Assembly (NCBI GenBank): GCA_964016885.1
Contig: OZ024743.1
Coordinates: 283,154,001 to 283,218,000 of the forward strand
DNA: 64,000 nucleotides
Source of the DNA: Eledone cirrhosa
Taxonomy: Eukaryota
Direction of reading: 5' to 3'
Within the stretch, counting starts at the first letter, position 1. Every line of letters starts with the position of its first letter. The notes under the pieces were generated by a model. It had not been told where the DNA came from, searched no databases, and was given only the letters and a program-made list of their open reading frames with translations. Shown here one piece after another: positions 12,909 to 23,659 of the stretch. The position numbers and the translations under genes were made by a program.

Positions 12909-14156
12909 TGAATCACCCAATTCACACTTTTGAAGCAAAATGGCAAAGAGTTCCCGTAGACCTTTAGGTGATTTCAATAAAGCACCCTCTGCTAAAGTGG
13001 AATCCCATTGCGAATCATCTTCCAAAAGACCACGCTTAAAGCAGGCTTCCCGGTACGTATCACATATTTCTCCATCAACAGTTTTGAGGTCCTGAAAACT
13101 TTGTGGGCCTACAACTTCATGCAGAAGAAGGCGGAGATTTGGGGGCACAGTGTAAACCCTTCCAAGACAGCTGTCAAATTTTACACCAGGATGTCTTTCA
13201 GCAGCCTGACCTGACTTACTTCGCACCCAAGTGTTTTTCGACCATATAAAGTAGGATGGAACCTGGGGGTACACAATTGTTTGCACAAATGTATCGAACT
13301 GGCAAAGTTTGAAGAAACCCGTCAGAGTGGTCTCTTTCGGATCGGCGGCCAACTTGGCGGCGGTTTGGTCAAAGTAACTCTTTGCCCATTTTCCAAATGT
13401 ACCGCAAGCTGTACGATGGCGGGGTGCTGTTGGTGTAGGGGTAAACCAAATAGGCACCAAAAAGCTTCATTGCTACTGATGTACCACCCCGCCAGGTATT
13501 CTGTGACCTCGTCTCTGCTATTTTCAGCTTGAAATGCAAACAGTGCGGCACCAGAGCCCTTATTTGCATATGTATTTTATCGACTTGACTGAGTTGCAAA
13601 ACTCAACGTTGATGTGGGCGTTGAACATCTTCAAGAGAAGCGGGCAGTAAGGGAACATCCATCTATTGTCGACTTGACCTCCTTTACTGTTGTGATGAAG
13701 TCACCGTTCTCGGGTCGTCTCCACCTGTACAGGGGGTACCCGTCGCCACCAGTCTGAGTCTGGTCAACAAATTTTTGGGGGTATCCCTTACTGCACGACC
13801 CCCCTTTCAGACACGTGTGATGCTCATTAGGACCCGACGCACATGGACCATGTTAGCTTTGACGATGTCATGTAATTCCTGGTCAGTTGCTGGGTTAGGG
13901 AAATCAGCCGAAATGAAGCTGTCTATGGCATTGAATTGATTTTATCAGCTAACCAAATCAAAATGTGAGCATGTGGCAGCCCTCGTTTTTGCCATTCGAC
14001 GGTGAACATATCACATTTTACAGCCCTAAATACCTGACCCTTTTTGATTAAAGCCATGAGCTTAACCAGTTTCAGTCTGAACACTCTGGCAATGAGGTCA
14101 TGTCTGTTTGAATAATTTTGCCCAGGAAAAAGTTCACGGGTTACATTCCGATTCAT
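12908..14156 (-). pseudogene. Helitron Rep (HUH) and Rep-Hel linker fragments
   Basis: RHDLIARVF, VEWQKRGLPHAHILIW (HUH motif), IKYICK, LRLLLHEVVGPQSFQDLKTV, YREACFKRGLLEDD; many frameshifts. Confidence 0.9.
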
Positions 14157-14244
14157 ATGTCTATAGCATTAATCTGTTATATGAAGTGTTATTTTGCAGG
14201 TTGTTATTTGCAATAAGCCGATTGAAAATGTCCCAGATAAGCCA

Positions 14245-14425
14245 ATACAGTGTTGTTATATAGGGAGTGAAGAGCGACAGAGAGTAAAGCAGTTACAGTA
14301 TAGAGAGGGGGAATATACGGAACGCTCCATTTGATCATACACACTGTTTCTCTCTCTGCAGTGTTGTCATATAGGGAGTGAAGAGCGACAGAGAGCAAAG
14401 CAGTTAAATTATAGAGAGAGGGAAT
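14245..14425. repeat. Two-copy subterminal repeat near the Helitron 1 5' end
   Basis: cagtgttgt(t/c)atatagggagtgaagagcgacagagag(t/c)aaagcagtta at about 14248 and 14359. Confidence 0.75.
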
Positions 14426-14760
14426 GATCATGATCAATTTTTGCCCTTATTGTTGATGGATTTGAAATTTCTTTGCCTCATGACCTTTTCCTGACCAAAA
14501 GCAATAATTGTCTCGACTTTGAATAGAATCTGTTGGAAATTGTGGACGTGCATACGTTACAAACCTTAACACACACATCCTCAGATTTATATATATAGAT
14601 AGATTGCAACATAAACATCTGCTTCAAACATACTAATATATATGGTTGACAAGACACTTTCAAACATCAGAAAATTTAAGTTTTTAGAAAAGACAGAATT
14701 GAAATAAACTATGCAGGAAAAGTGGATGAGAAACATTGTAAAAGTGGTGCACTCATGTAG

Positions 14761-15195
14761 TTAACCCTTTAGCATTTAAACTAGCTGTATCTGGCCAGAA
14801 TTCCCTCACCTCTTTCTGTTCAAACCGGCTGTGACCAGCCACTCATATTTATGTTAAGGTATTGTTCTGAAAATAAATAATTGTATCTACTTTTGGCACA
14901 AGGCCAGCAATTACCCAGTGTATTACTGGTACTTTATTTTATCAACCCCATAAGGATGAAAGGCAAAGTTAACCTCGGTGGGATTTGAACTCAGAATGGC
15001 AAGGGCCATAACTCTATGCGTCAAAGCATGGCGTGCGACCCTCTACCAATACTGCCAATCCACCGCACATTCTGAAAATAAATAATATCAGAATCCCATA
15101 GATTCAATATTATATTATGTGAGATAATTATGTAAGATAAAGCCTTTACCACAAAAATACAATAACATATAGAGAGTAATGTAAATGTTAAAGAG
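14761..15195. mobile_element. TTAA-flanked MITE interrupted by a SINE
   Basis: Starts ttaaccctttagcattta and ends taaatgttaaagag (degenerate TIR); homologous to 93-296. Confidence 0.6.
14882..15069 (-). mobile_element. tRNA-derived SINE with 17-bp TSD
   Basis: TSD ttctgaaaataaataat at 14865-14881 and 15070-15086; B box gagttcaaatcc on the minus strand. Confidence 0.9.
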
Positions 15196-16040
15196 CACCC
15201 AATCTTCTGTTCAATTCCTGTTGAGGTAATGGACAGGTGCTACTACCACCCACTCCCCATTGAACCCCTGAACTTCTTGTACTGTTAACTTAAACTACTA
15301 ATAAGGGTATCAAATTTAGTTCAAATATTACACCTTATAACTCATGTTTTAGGTTTCACATCCTCAGACATAACTGGTACTAAATAAATAAACCATAATC
15401 CATTAGAAGTATAATCATATACAATAGATGTGGAGGGGGGGGGTCTCTCATTGATTACCTTTATATTTAATTGCCTTCAAAAATCAGGAACCAAAACCAT
15501 CTGCAATTTCCATAGCTATTTCCATCTACATCCTCCTCTTTCTCTTCTTCTTCTTCTTCTCCCCCTACCCCCTCATCTCCTTCACCCTCATCACCCTTCT
15601 CATCTCCCTCCCCTCCCCTCTCTTCTTCTTCTTCTTCTTCTTCTTCTTCTCCCCATCACTGTTTAACATCTATCTTTCATGCTCCAAGGCGTTTAACCCC
15701 TGATGGAGTCACAGGGACACTATTTTGACAGACGGCATATCTTGGGCATTTTAAACATGGCTCTTTATCTACATATATACTATAGAAATATGTAATACAA
15801 TGATATCAATGTAAAACACTTCAAGATATGAGTATGTTTGCACTAGTTTTCATTAAAACTATTCTGTCTCTGCTTTCCACTGTTTAAAGCATAAGAGTGA
15901 AGATAAATATACTATGCAGATGTTTACTTGAGGGATATATTTTCTCTAATAATTGCTGCCTTTCTTAAAACATTACTTTGCAAGGTCATTCAATTTAAAA
16001 TTCTCTTCACAACATCTATTACAATTGCCAACGATGGAAC

Positions 16041-16292
16041 TGTGGGTATTGTGTGGCGTGCGGTGGCCGGAAGCGGGGGAGTGCTCGACCGGAAGGGTGC
16101 TTGGCCGGAAGGATGCTCGACCGGAAGGGCCAGCAGATGGCCCTCTCTAGTGGTGACCAGCAACGGTGTGGACGCGAGTTTTGGCAGCTCCCGGTGTTAA
16201 GCAGTTGGACGCACGTGGAAGAGGAGAGACCAGCAGTGGAATTTAGCGGCGCCTATGAAAAGCGGTAAGTGAGATAGCTTTTTCTAACCACA
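16041..16292 (+). repeat. 5' LTR
   Basis: Differs from 19594-19845 at one position by eye (gtattgtg vs gtatggtg). Confidence 0.95.
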
Positions 16293-16408
16293 AGCTATTT
16301 CGGCACTGGAAACTGAGATCTGATTGAAAAAAAAAAAAAAAGCTACTGGAAAAACAGAGAGGAGTCTGTTGTTTTTTTTTTATCACGTACCGCAAGACAA
16401 ATTAGAAG

Positions 16409-17120
16409 ATGGCGACAAGACTACGAACAAGCGAAGCTATCAGGGCATTTACCGGGGAAGGTGATGTTGTCGCTTGGCTGCGAAAAGTCCGGCTGGTCGC
16501 AAGCTTGCAGAAGATAGAAGATGTGGCTGGCCTCATGGCACTGTACCTCGAGGGGGACGCGTTGGTACTCTTCCTTGAGTTGGACGAACACAGCCAAAGA
16601 GAGGCGCATGATAGAAGCGTTCGCAGAGGGACCGTTAGCCGCTTTCGCTAAGCTGGCAAGAATTAGATGGAACGGTGAACGCGTTGACATTTTCACAGCG
16701 GAAATACGGCGATTGGCTATGTTGGCTGGATATCAGGTGGAATGCGAACGCACGGTGCGGTTGGCGTTCATAAATGGATTTCCAGACGACATAGCGGTGA
16801 AACTGCAGCAAGTCCCGGGTTACAAAGAAATGGAAATGCGTTCACTGGTGGAACAAGCCCGGATCATAGCAGAATATGCCAAAAAGAGTGTTGCGGTGAT
16901 AGCAACTACAGAGGCTCAAGACAGCTGGCAGCGAAATGGTGAAAGGGAGGCAACCACGGCACGCGGTCGCCCGCGAACGTTTAGAGGTCGCTGCTTTCGG
17001 TGCCAGGGCCCGCACATGGCTAGAGACTGCAGAGAGTCAAGGCCGGAAATAATATGCTACCGGTGTAAGCGACCAGGGAAACGATCCGAGGGGAACTACT
17101 GCGCCGGTAGTTGCCCGTGA
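16409..17120 (+). pseudogene. gag with zinc knuckle, frameshifted
   Basis: FTGEGDVVAWL, CFRCQGPHMARDC, truncated second knuckle CYRCKRPG. Confidence 0.85.
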
Positions 17121-19580
17121 TGGAAGTCTTCGTGAGGAGAAAGCCACAGCGAGCCCTCGTGGTCACGGGCTGTACGACGACACTGGTGACTGCGGGGGTG
17201 GCGCAGAGGTGGAGAGGGAAGAGCAGCGTAAGGGCAGTCGACGGCAGGAAAATTGAATGCCGAGGTCGCAGCGAGATGGAAATAGCGGTACGGGGAAGGA
17301 AAATAAGGCTTTCTGCCATCGTAGTAGACAGCGTGGTGGATGGGATCGGCGGGGTTATGGGCATGGACGCAATTGGCCGTCTAGGAGGCGTCACATTGAA
17401 CAACGTCGGTGTGTCGTTTAGCGCTGCTGTATCGGTATGCGCTGTGAGTGCACGACAGGAGAACCAGAAGGCCCACGAGGAGAAATACCCCGCTTACACT
17501 GTGCAGGACAAAGACTTCAAGGCCGTGTTCGATGGGCAGCGATGGGTTGTTGAGTGGTACTGGAAGGGAGAACCACCAACACTCAAGACCAAAGTGGGCT
17601 GCAATCGTAGATCTAAAGTCGGCATACTTGCAATTGCATATAGATGAGAAGCTCTGGCAGTATCAGCTGGTCAGGTATAAGGGCCGGACATATTGCCTGA
17701 CCAGGCTCGGTTTCGGGCTGAGCTCCGCACCGAAGATCATGGCGGCGGTCCTCAAGACCATTCTGGGAAAGGCCGACAAGATGAAGAGGGCCACTAACTC
17801 CTATATTGACGACATCCTAGTGGACGAGTCTGTGGTGTCGGCGGCGGAGGTCACGAGCCATTTACAGGGGTATAGACTGGCTGCGAAGCTGTCAGAAGCG
17901 TTGGAGGGAGGAGCCACGCTGGGACTTAGACTACGGCGAAACAGGACGAGCGTCTTGGTATTCCAGAACTGGGCCCAAGTATGAGTAGGCGGGAGCTTTT
18001 CTCGGTGTGTGGAAAGTTGGTGGGTCACTATCCGATTGCTGGGTGGCTCCGGACGGCATGCAGCTATGTCAAGAGACGAGCGGGAGGAGTGACAGAGTGG
18101 GAGAGAGGACGGTGGCCATGATGCAGGAGATCGTGGGGAGGGTGAAGGCCGAAAACCCAGTGCGGGGACGCTGGTATGTTCCTAAATCACAGAGCGGGAC
18201 CGTATGGTGCGATGCCAGCAGCATAGCGCTGGGTGTCACGTTGGAGATAGGAGGTGTTGAGGTCGAGGATGCAGCCTGGCTTAGGGAGAAGGACGACTGC
18301 AACCACATCAATGTGGCCGAACTGGACGCAGTGTTGAGAGGGGTGAACCTCGCCCTGAGGTGGGGACTGCGCACCATTGAGATACGCACCGACTCGGCTA
18401 CTGTACTCGGATGGGTGAGATCAGTGCTCACCAGTGAGAAGAGAGTGCAAACGAGAGGGGCGGCGGAGATGCTGATAAAGCGCCGCCTGGGAACTTTAGG
18501 AGAGCTGGCCACCGAGTTCGACCTGAGGCTGAGCGTAGTTTTCGTGCCCTCAGAGAAAAATAGGGCGGACATCTTAACTAGGGTGAAGAAAGCCTGGATG
18601 GAAGCGCCGGAGGAGGTAGAAGATGAGATAGCTGACCGAGTCGGATCTGAAAGGGTTGCATGACATGCACCACATGGGAGTGGATAGGAGCCTGTTCCTA
18701 GGCAGGAGAATCGACTCGGACGTTAACAGACATGGTGTTCAAAGGGTCTTACAGGTTGTGTCCGATGTCAGTCCATTGATCCCGCCCCCGGTGTACACGA
18801 AACGGGAAGCCTCCCGGCGGATCGCGATTGGCGGTGGATGTAACGCACTACCGAGAGGGAACGTACCTCTCGATGGTCGACTGTGGACCAGGACGGATGG
18901 CGATATGGAGGGAGATGAAGACTGGAACGGCCGAGGAAATCATGCGGACGTTGAGAGAGGTGTTCTTGGAGCGGGGTCCTGTGGGCGAACTGCTGATGGA
19001 CAACAGCGCAGCGTTCCGCTCGGAGGCGTTGAGGGAGATGCTTGATGGATGGAAGGTGGACCGTTTCTTCAGAGCAGCGCACAGGCCGAGCGGGAATGGA
19101 ATTGTGGAGCGACACCACCGGACGATCAAGGCAATGGCGGAGCGGGGCCATATCTCACCAATGGAGGCAGTGTTCTGGTACAACATGTCCCCTCGGGTGG
19201 GACAGGTCGAGGAATCGGTGCCACACAGAGCAGTATTCAGATACGAGTGGCGGCACCCGTGCACGCCACCACAACGGCCAGTGGGGAGAGAGAGTGCATT
19301 CGTGCAGGTGGGCGAAGAAGTGTGGGTTAAGCCCTCAGATGCACGTTGCACATCTCAATGGGGAAGGGGAACGGTGACGGCCGTAAATTCCCAGAACAAT
19401 GTGGACGGAGTACCACGTCATGTCCTGGATGTCCGTAGAATCACTGTGTCAACGGACTCCGAGGAAGAGGAAACCCAAAGTGCTGCCCCAACACTGCGGA
19501 GATCACAAAGAAGTCGTAAACCACCAACCTGGACAGCAGACTTTCATATGCAGAAGGACGAGGGGGAAATTGATCCTTGA
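17111..19580 (+). pseudogene. pol (protease, RT, RNase H, integrase) with deletions and frameshifts
   Basis: ALVVTGC (DTG degenerate), DLKSAYLQ, LGFGLSSAP, YIDD, CDAS..HINVAELDA..TDS, HH/CC zinc motif, AVDVT..MDN..NGIVER. Confidence 0.9.
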
Positions 19581-19593
19581 GATCAGGGGGCCG

Positions 19594-19845
19594 TGTGGGT
19601 ATGGTGTGGCGTGCGGTGGCCGGAAGCGGGGGAGTGCTCGACCGGAAGGGTGCTTGGCCGGAAGGATGCTCGACCGGAAGGGCCAGCAGATGGCCCTCTC
19701 TAGTGGTGACCAGCAACGGTGTGGACGCGAGTTTTGGCAGCTCCCGGTGTTAAGCAGTTGGACGCACGTGGAAGAGGAGAGACCAGCAGTGGAATTTAGC
19801 GGCGCCTATGAAAAGCGGTAAGTGAGATAGCTTTTTCTAACCACA
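19594..19845 (+). repeat. 3' LTR, preceded by short purine tract aggggg
   Basis: Direct repeat of 16041-16292. Confidence 0.95.
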
Positions 19846-20283
19846 GGAACATCTAATCAGTTACTTGACTTACAAGAAATAGCAAACAAATATACCTAAT
19901 CATTATAATATATCTTTAAAATGAAAGGTATACATAGGATACTGTAGTATTAGATACATTTTGCCTTTTAAAAATGCTGGTGTGGGTTTGGATAAGATGA
20001 GATGTAGGTAATTGAGCTTAAAACTCTTTTTCACACAACTATTAAAATTGCCAATGAAATAACTTCTAATCAGTCACTCAACCTGCTAGAAATAGCAACC
20101 AAATACCCCTCACATCATAATATACCATCTTTTAAAAGGAAGGTACACATTAGTTAATGTAGTCTTAAATACTATTTGTCTATAAAAAGATGAGATGGGA
20201 TGGTTATGACTAGAATGCCATTGACCATAAATTTGCTCAATCAAAGAAGATCAAAAACTACTGAAATTGTAAAACAACCCTCA

Positions 20284-20332
<49 letters not shown>

Positions 20333-21448
20333 CCCCTCTCTCTCTCTTTGAGACAGGCAGGTAGACAAAACAGATGGAGTAAAGTTGAAGAGTGAACAAA
20401 GGGGAGACACAGAGGGTAACAGTCATCGATAAGGCCACAGATTGTGGCAAAAAGACAATTAATTAGTTGATTAACCAACATAATGCTGAATTAATTATAA
20501 GGTTAATAATAGAACTGAAGTGAAACTCAATTGCTGCATGTGGTTTGATTGGCAGCACAACACTCCCAAAATATAACAATAACTATTATTTGAAAACATA
20601 GTCGCCACAAGGTAGATAACTATAATAATAGTTGATAATTATAAATAATTTACCAATGCTTCATAAGTCAACTAAATATATATATAAGAATGTCTGTTTC
20701 AACACATGATTTCACATTAAGAATTCTACAAAACAAATAAAAAATACAAACACCATATGTAAAGTAAAAGGCTGTTATAATGAAAGTGTTATAATGACTT
20801 AACTCCAGAGAGAGTTGTAGGAACACTGTTCTGATACATGGTGCATCTTGGGCCTTCAAACCCAGCAGGGCTTATCCCTCTCTAGGTCATAACACAGCTG
20901 ATGTCTTCCAGAGAAAGAAAGATAGAGGGAGAAAGTGATAAAGAGAGAAATAGGCAAAGAATCGACTTCAATACTGGACTGCTGCTTTATTTATCAACCT
21001 CGAATGGATGAAAGGATTTGAATGCAGAGTGTAGTGAGCTGTAACAAATATGGTGGTATTTTAATTCAATACCCTAAACATTCTGCCAATTCGCCGTCAT
21101 ACAAAAACTATAAACACATCACACATAAATCAATGCAGCATAACCACAATTTCAGATTTGTATGGCATTTAACTTAACAACAGCCAAATCCACACCAAAT
21201 TTCATTATTTCATTTAGTGTTTCTCATGCATTAACATCTCAGATAACTCGGATGAAAGAATTTACTAATCTGTGTGATTATATATATTGAATAAACTAAT
21301 AAGATTCTTTCACTCTTTAACTGGTGTTAGAAAGTGTTATAATGACTTAGTTCTAACCCTACTGATAACCAGCAGTTGTTGTTGTTGTTGACGATGATGA
21401 TGATGATGGTGGTGGTGGTGGTGCGTTTTAGTTGTTATTATTGTTGTG

Positions 21449-21512
21449 TCGGTGGCCTAGTGGTAAGTATTAGAGACGATGGAGGTCCTGGTCTCGGGTT
21501 CAATACCGCTTA
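21449..21512 (+). mobile_element. tRNA-like Pol III head (short SINE fragment)
   Basis: A box tggcctagtgg and B box ggttcaatacc; no complete cloverleaf. Confidence 0.5.
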
Positions 21513-21525
21513 CTAATTATTTATT

Positions 21526-21686
21526 GGTGGTGGATTGGCAGTATCAGTAGAGTGTCAGACACCATGTTTTACAGCATAGAGTTATGGCCCTTTGCGTTCT
21601 GAGTTCAAATCCCACCGAGGTTAAATTAAAGCACCAGTAATGCAATGAGATAATTGCTGGCCTTGTGCCAAAAGTAGAAACAATTT
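21526..21686 (+). mobile_element. tRNA-derived SINE, internally deleted
   Basis: Same head and 3' end as 34281-34461. Confidence 0.8.
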
Positions 21687-23659
21687 TTGTTGTTTTTTTG
21701 TTGCTTCTCTTGTTGTTGCTGTTGTTATTGTTGTTTTTGTAACTGGTGGTTGTGGTATGTTTTTGTTATTGTTGTTGTTGTGTTTATTTAACCCCAGGTC
21801 ATCTCTGGTTGAGAAGACATATGTATCGACAAAGGTGTTCCACCCATGACAATCCCATTTGTCATTGTCTGAAAGTAATATGTTATTTTTTTTATTTTGA
21901 AATCAGTAGAATGTATTTGGGGGAATTTAGCTGCTGTTTTTTTGCAGTTCAAGCAACCATTCAAAAGCTACCTCATAGAACCATTGATGTTGTTATTGCT
22001 GTTGTTATTTAACCTAATTTCAACCATGATTGAAAAGATCTAACTATCAATGATGTTCTTGCCATGACCATCTTAACCTTTTCAAGCATTGTGCAACCTG
22101 GATTACATTATCTAATGGGAATCTTTTTAAGACAGTAGGATGTGATTTGGGGAAGATTTAGCTGTTATTTCTAGCAGCGCAGGCAATCCTATTCAGATTC
22201 AGCCATTGGCTCACAGATTTGGTGCAGATGGTAAAGGATCTGACTCAATGTATTGTACTTTCTAGTGCAGTGAGTCATATTTCCTCCTCATCATCATCAT
22301 CATTTAATGTCTTTTTCCTTGCGAGCAACAGTTGGATGGTTTATTATAGACAAGGCCACTCACATAGGTCAGACATTTCACTTACATAGTGTTCCCACAC
22401 TCTAGCAAGTGCTCAAACAGGCAGGGGTAACTGCATTTCACTTACATATGTTCCTGCACTTTACCAAGTGCATTTTATCATGGCACCAGCACTAGGGAAG
22501 TTGGCATGTCTTCAAAACAGTTAAAGAGTCCTATCAAGTTTTTGTTTGGCAGGTTTTCTATGGCTGGATGCCATAATAACTTAACTATATTTCTGGGTTC
22601 AAATTTCACTAGGGTTGTGTTTCTCTAAGGGTCACTAATATTGGGATCAAATCCATCAATTACACAACCCACACACTAACTTACAGATCACAGGATTGTT
22701 AATATCTATGGTAGAAATTGATTTGCACTATTCTTCTAAACAGAATGATCAATTAAATTGATCACACAGATCTATCATTCTATAAATTTATTATCTTTGA
22801 TGTAAAATAATCAAGGATTATCCCAAATATTTATTGCTAATATTAAATGTTACTCCATCACTAAAACTACTACCATTACAATCCAACCTTCACATAAAAA
22901 TCTCTCCGCATCACCACACATACAGTCAATACCATAATGCCATGCCATGCCATGCAGAACTGGATCCATAAAGCCTCATTATATAGATATGTGTGTGCAT
23001 GTGTGTGTGTATGTTTGTGTGTGTGTATGTGTGTGTGTGCATAATCTTCATCATCAATATCCTCATCATCATTTTACATCCATTTAAAAAAAATTTTTCC
23101 ATGCAAGCATAGGCTGGATGTGTTGTTACAAACTAAGTCTATTTAATTGAAACTATCGTCCTCTTTGGCAGACTAGGGACCATGTCTCATTTATTATACA
23201 TTCCAGTTTTGGCATGGTTTCTATAGTTAGATACTCTTCCTAATACCAATCACTTTACAGAGTGTACAGGGTGCATTTTATCATGACACAAGCACTAGCA
23301 GTGACATGAGTGAAGGTGGATTAAGGGTGTTAGTTTCTTTCCCAAATACATATAGCTCTTAATAGTATGACATGATATAGTATGGATGTTCTACTAAATA
23401 TGTGAGGATATTTCCACTTGTTGACTGAGAAATTTTACAATTTCTGTTGTAAACAAACATGTCAGAAATGAGAAATTTTTGTCATTTCATTCAACTAAGA
23501 AAATATCAAATATCTTGAGAATTATTTACTTCGTTTCATACTGACAAACTCAAATATATTTCTAAAACATTTTACATTTGTTACAATAGATAATTGTGAA
23601 TTTTTATGTCACCATTTTCCATAACCATAGACTAGTTAGTCATTTCCATTCTCAGTAGA

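Larger units (their letters stand above)
7914..14603 (-). mobile_element. Helitron 1 (defective, both termini present)
   Basis: Minus-strand 3' end: hairpin 7926-7941 then CTAG|T at 7914-7917. 5' end A|TCTATATATATAAA at about 14599-14603. Internal Rep and PIF1 helicase fragments in the same orientation. Confidence 0.85.
16041..19845 (+). mobile_element. LTR retrotransposon (Gypsy-type domain order), full length but coding-defective
   Basis: 252-bp LTRs with TGTGG..CCACA ends, TSD GGAAC (16036-40 and 19846-50), gag-PR-RT-RH-IN order. Confidence 0.95.

Noticed and set aside
10037-12967. Gly/Phe-rich ORFs of up to 273 aa
   Set aside because: Overlapping in all three frames of a low-complexity repeat; no evidence of coding constraint.
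21449-21512. tRNA gene
   Set aside because: A and B boxes present but no acceptor stem or cloverleaf; better explained as a SINE head.
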